Origin: Fibrobacterota bacterium
GTDB lineage: Bacteria; Fibrobacterota; Fibrobacteria; UBA11236
Direction: 5' to 3'
Assembly: GCA_043753995.1 (NCBI GenBank)
Contig: JAYUVP010000117.1
Location: 1-54,892 of the forward strand
DNA length: 54,892 nt
The notes under the pieces are model-generated. The model searched no databases, had not been told where the DNA came from, and saw only the letters and a program-made list of their open reading frames with translations. Both the position numbers and the translations under genes were made by a program. This document shows positions 54,801 to 54,892 of this stretch, in pieces (within the stretch, counting starts at the first letter, position 1; each line of letters starts with the position of its first letter).

Positions 54801-54892
54801 ACTGTGTTGTTTGTCAAGCACCAAAGGCCAACCTTTCATCAAAATGTTTATCGGACTTTATCATCGCCGCTGCCTGCCTCAGCAGCTTTGAT

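Overview
About 55 kb of chromosome from a moderately GC-rich diderm bacterium. Evidence for diderm: TonB receptors and hldE. T9SS-like C-terminal tails and a Bacteroidetes-type purM suggest the FCB group, possibly Fibrobacterota (inference only). Housekeeping and envelope genes (hldE, clpP, purM, yaeQ, Crp, PLD, a WcaJ-like transferase, a flippase) are interleaved with: (i) three metal-related transport units, each headed by a membrane-anchored His/Cys-rich leader ORF ending in a Pro motif (RGPP, RGPP and a non-canonical PDKVP), one of them an atypical DUF4266 / His-rich beta-propeller / DUF3570 operon lying between a cation exporter and a multicopper oxidase; (ii) a transglutaminase / circularly permuted ATP-grasp / alpha-E / DUF2126 operon behind a sigma54-type promoter; (iii) two toxin-antitoxin-like pairs; (iv) a dispersed family of structured intergenic repeats whose stems change in sequence but still pair; (v) a long integron integrase with a duplicated N-terminal domain and a candidate attI at the right edge. 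Many operon-first genes look leaderless (TANNNT 6-9 nt before ATG, no SD). I saw no rRNA, tRNA, CRISPR array or transposase. All family calls are by-eye motif recognition, not database hits.
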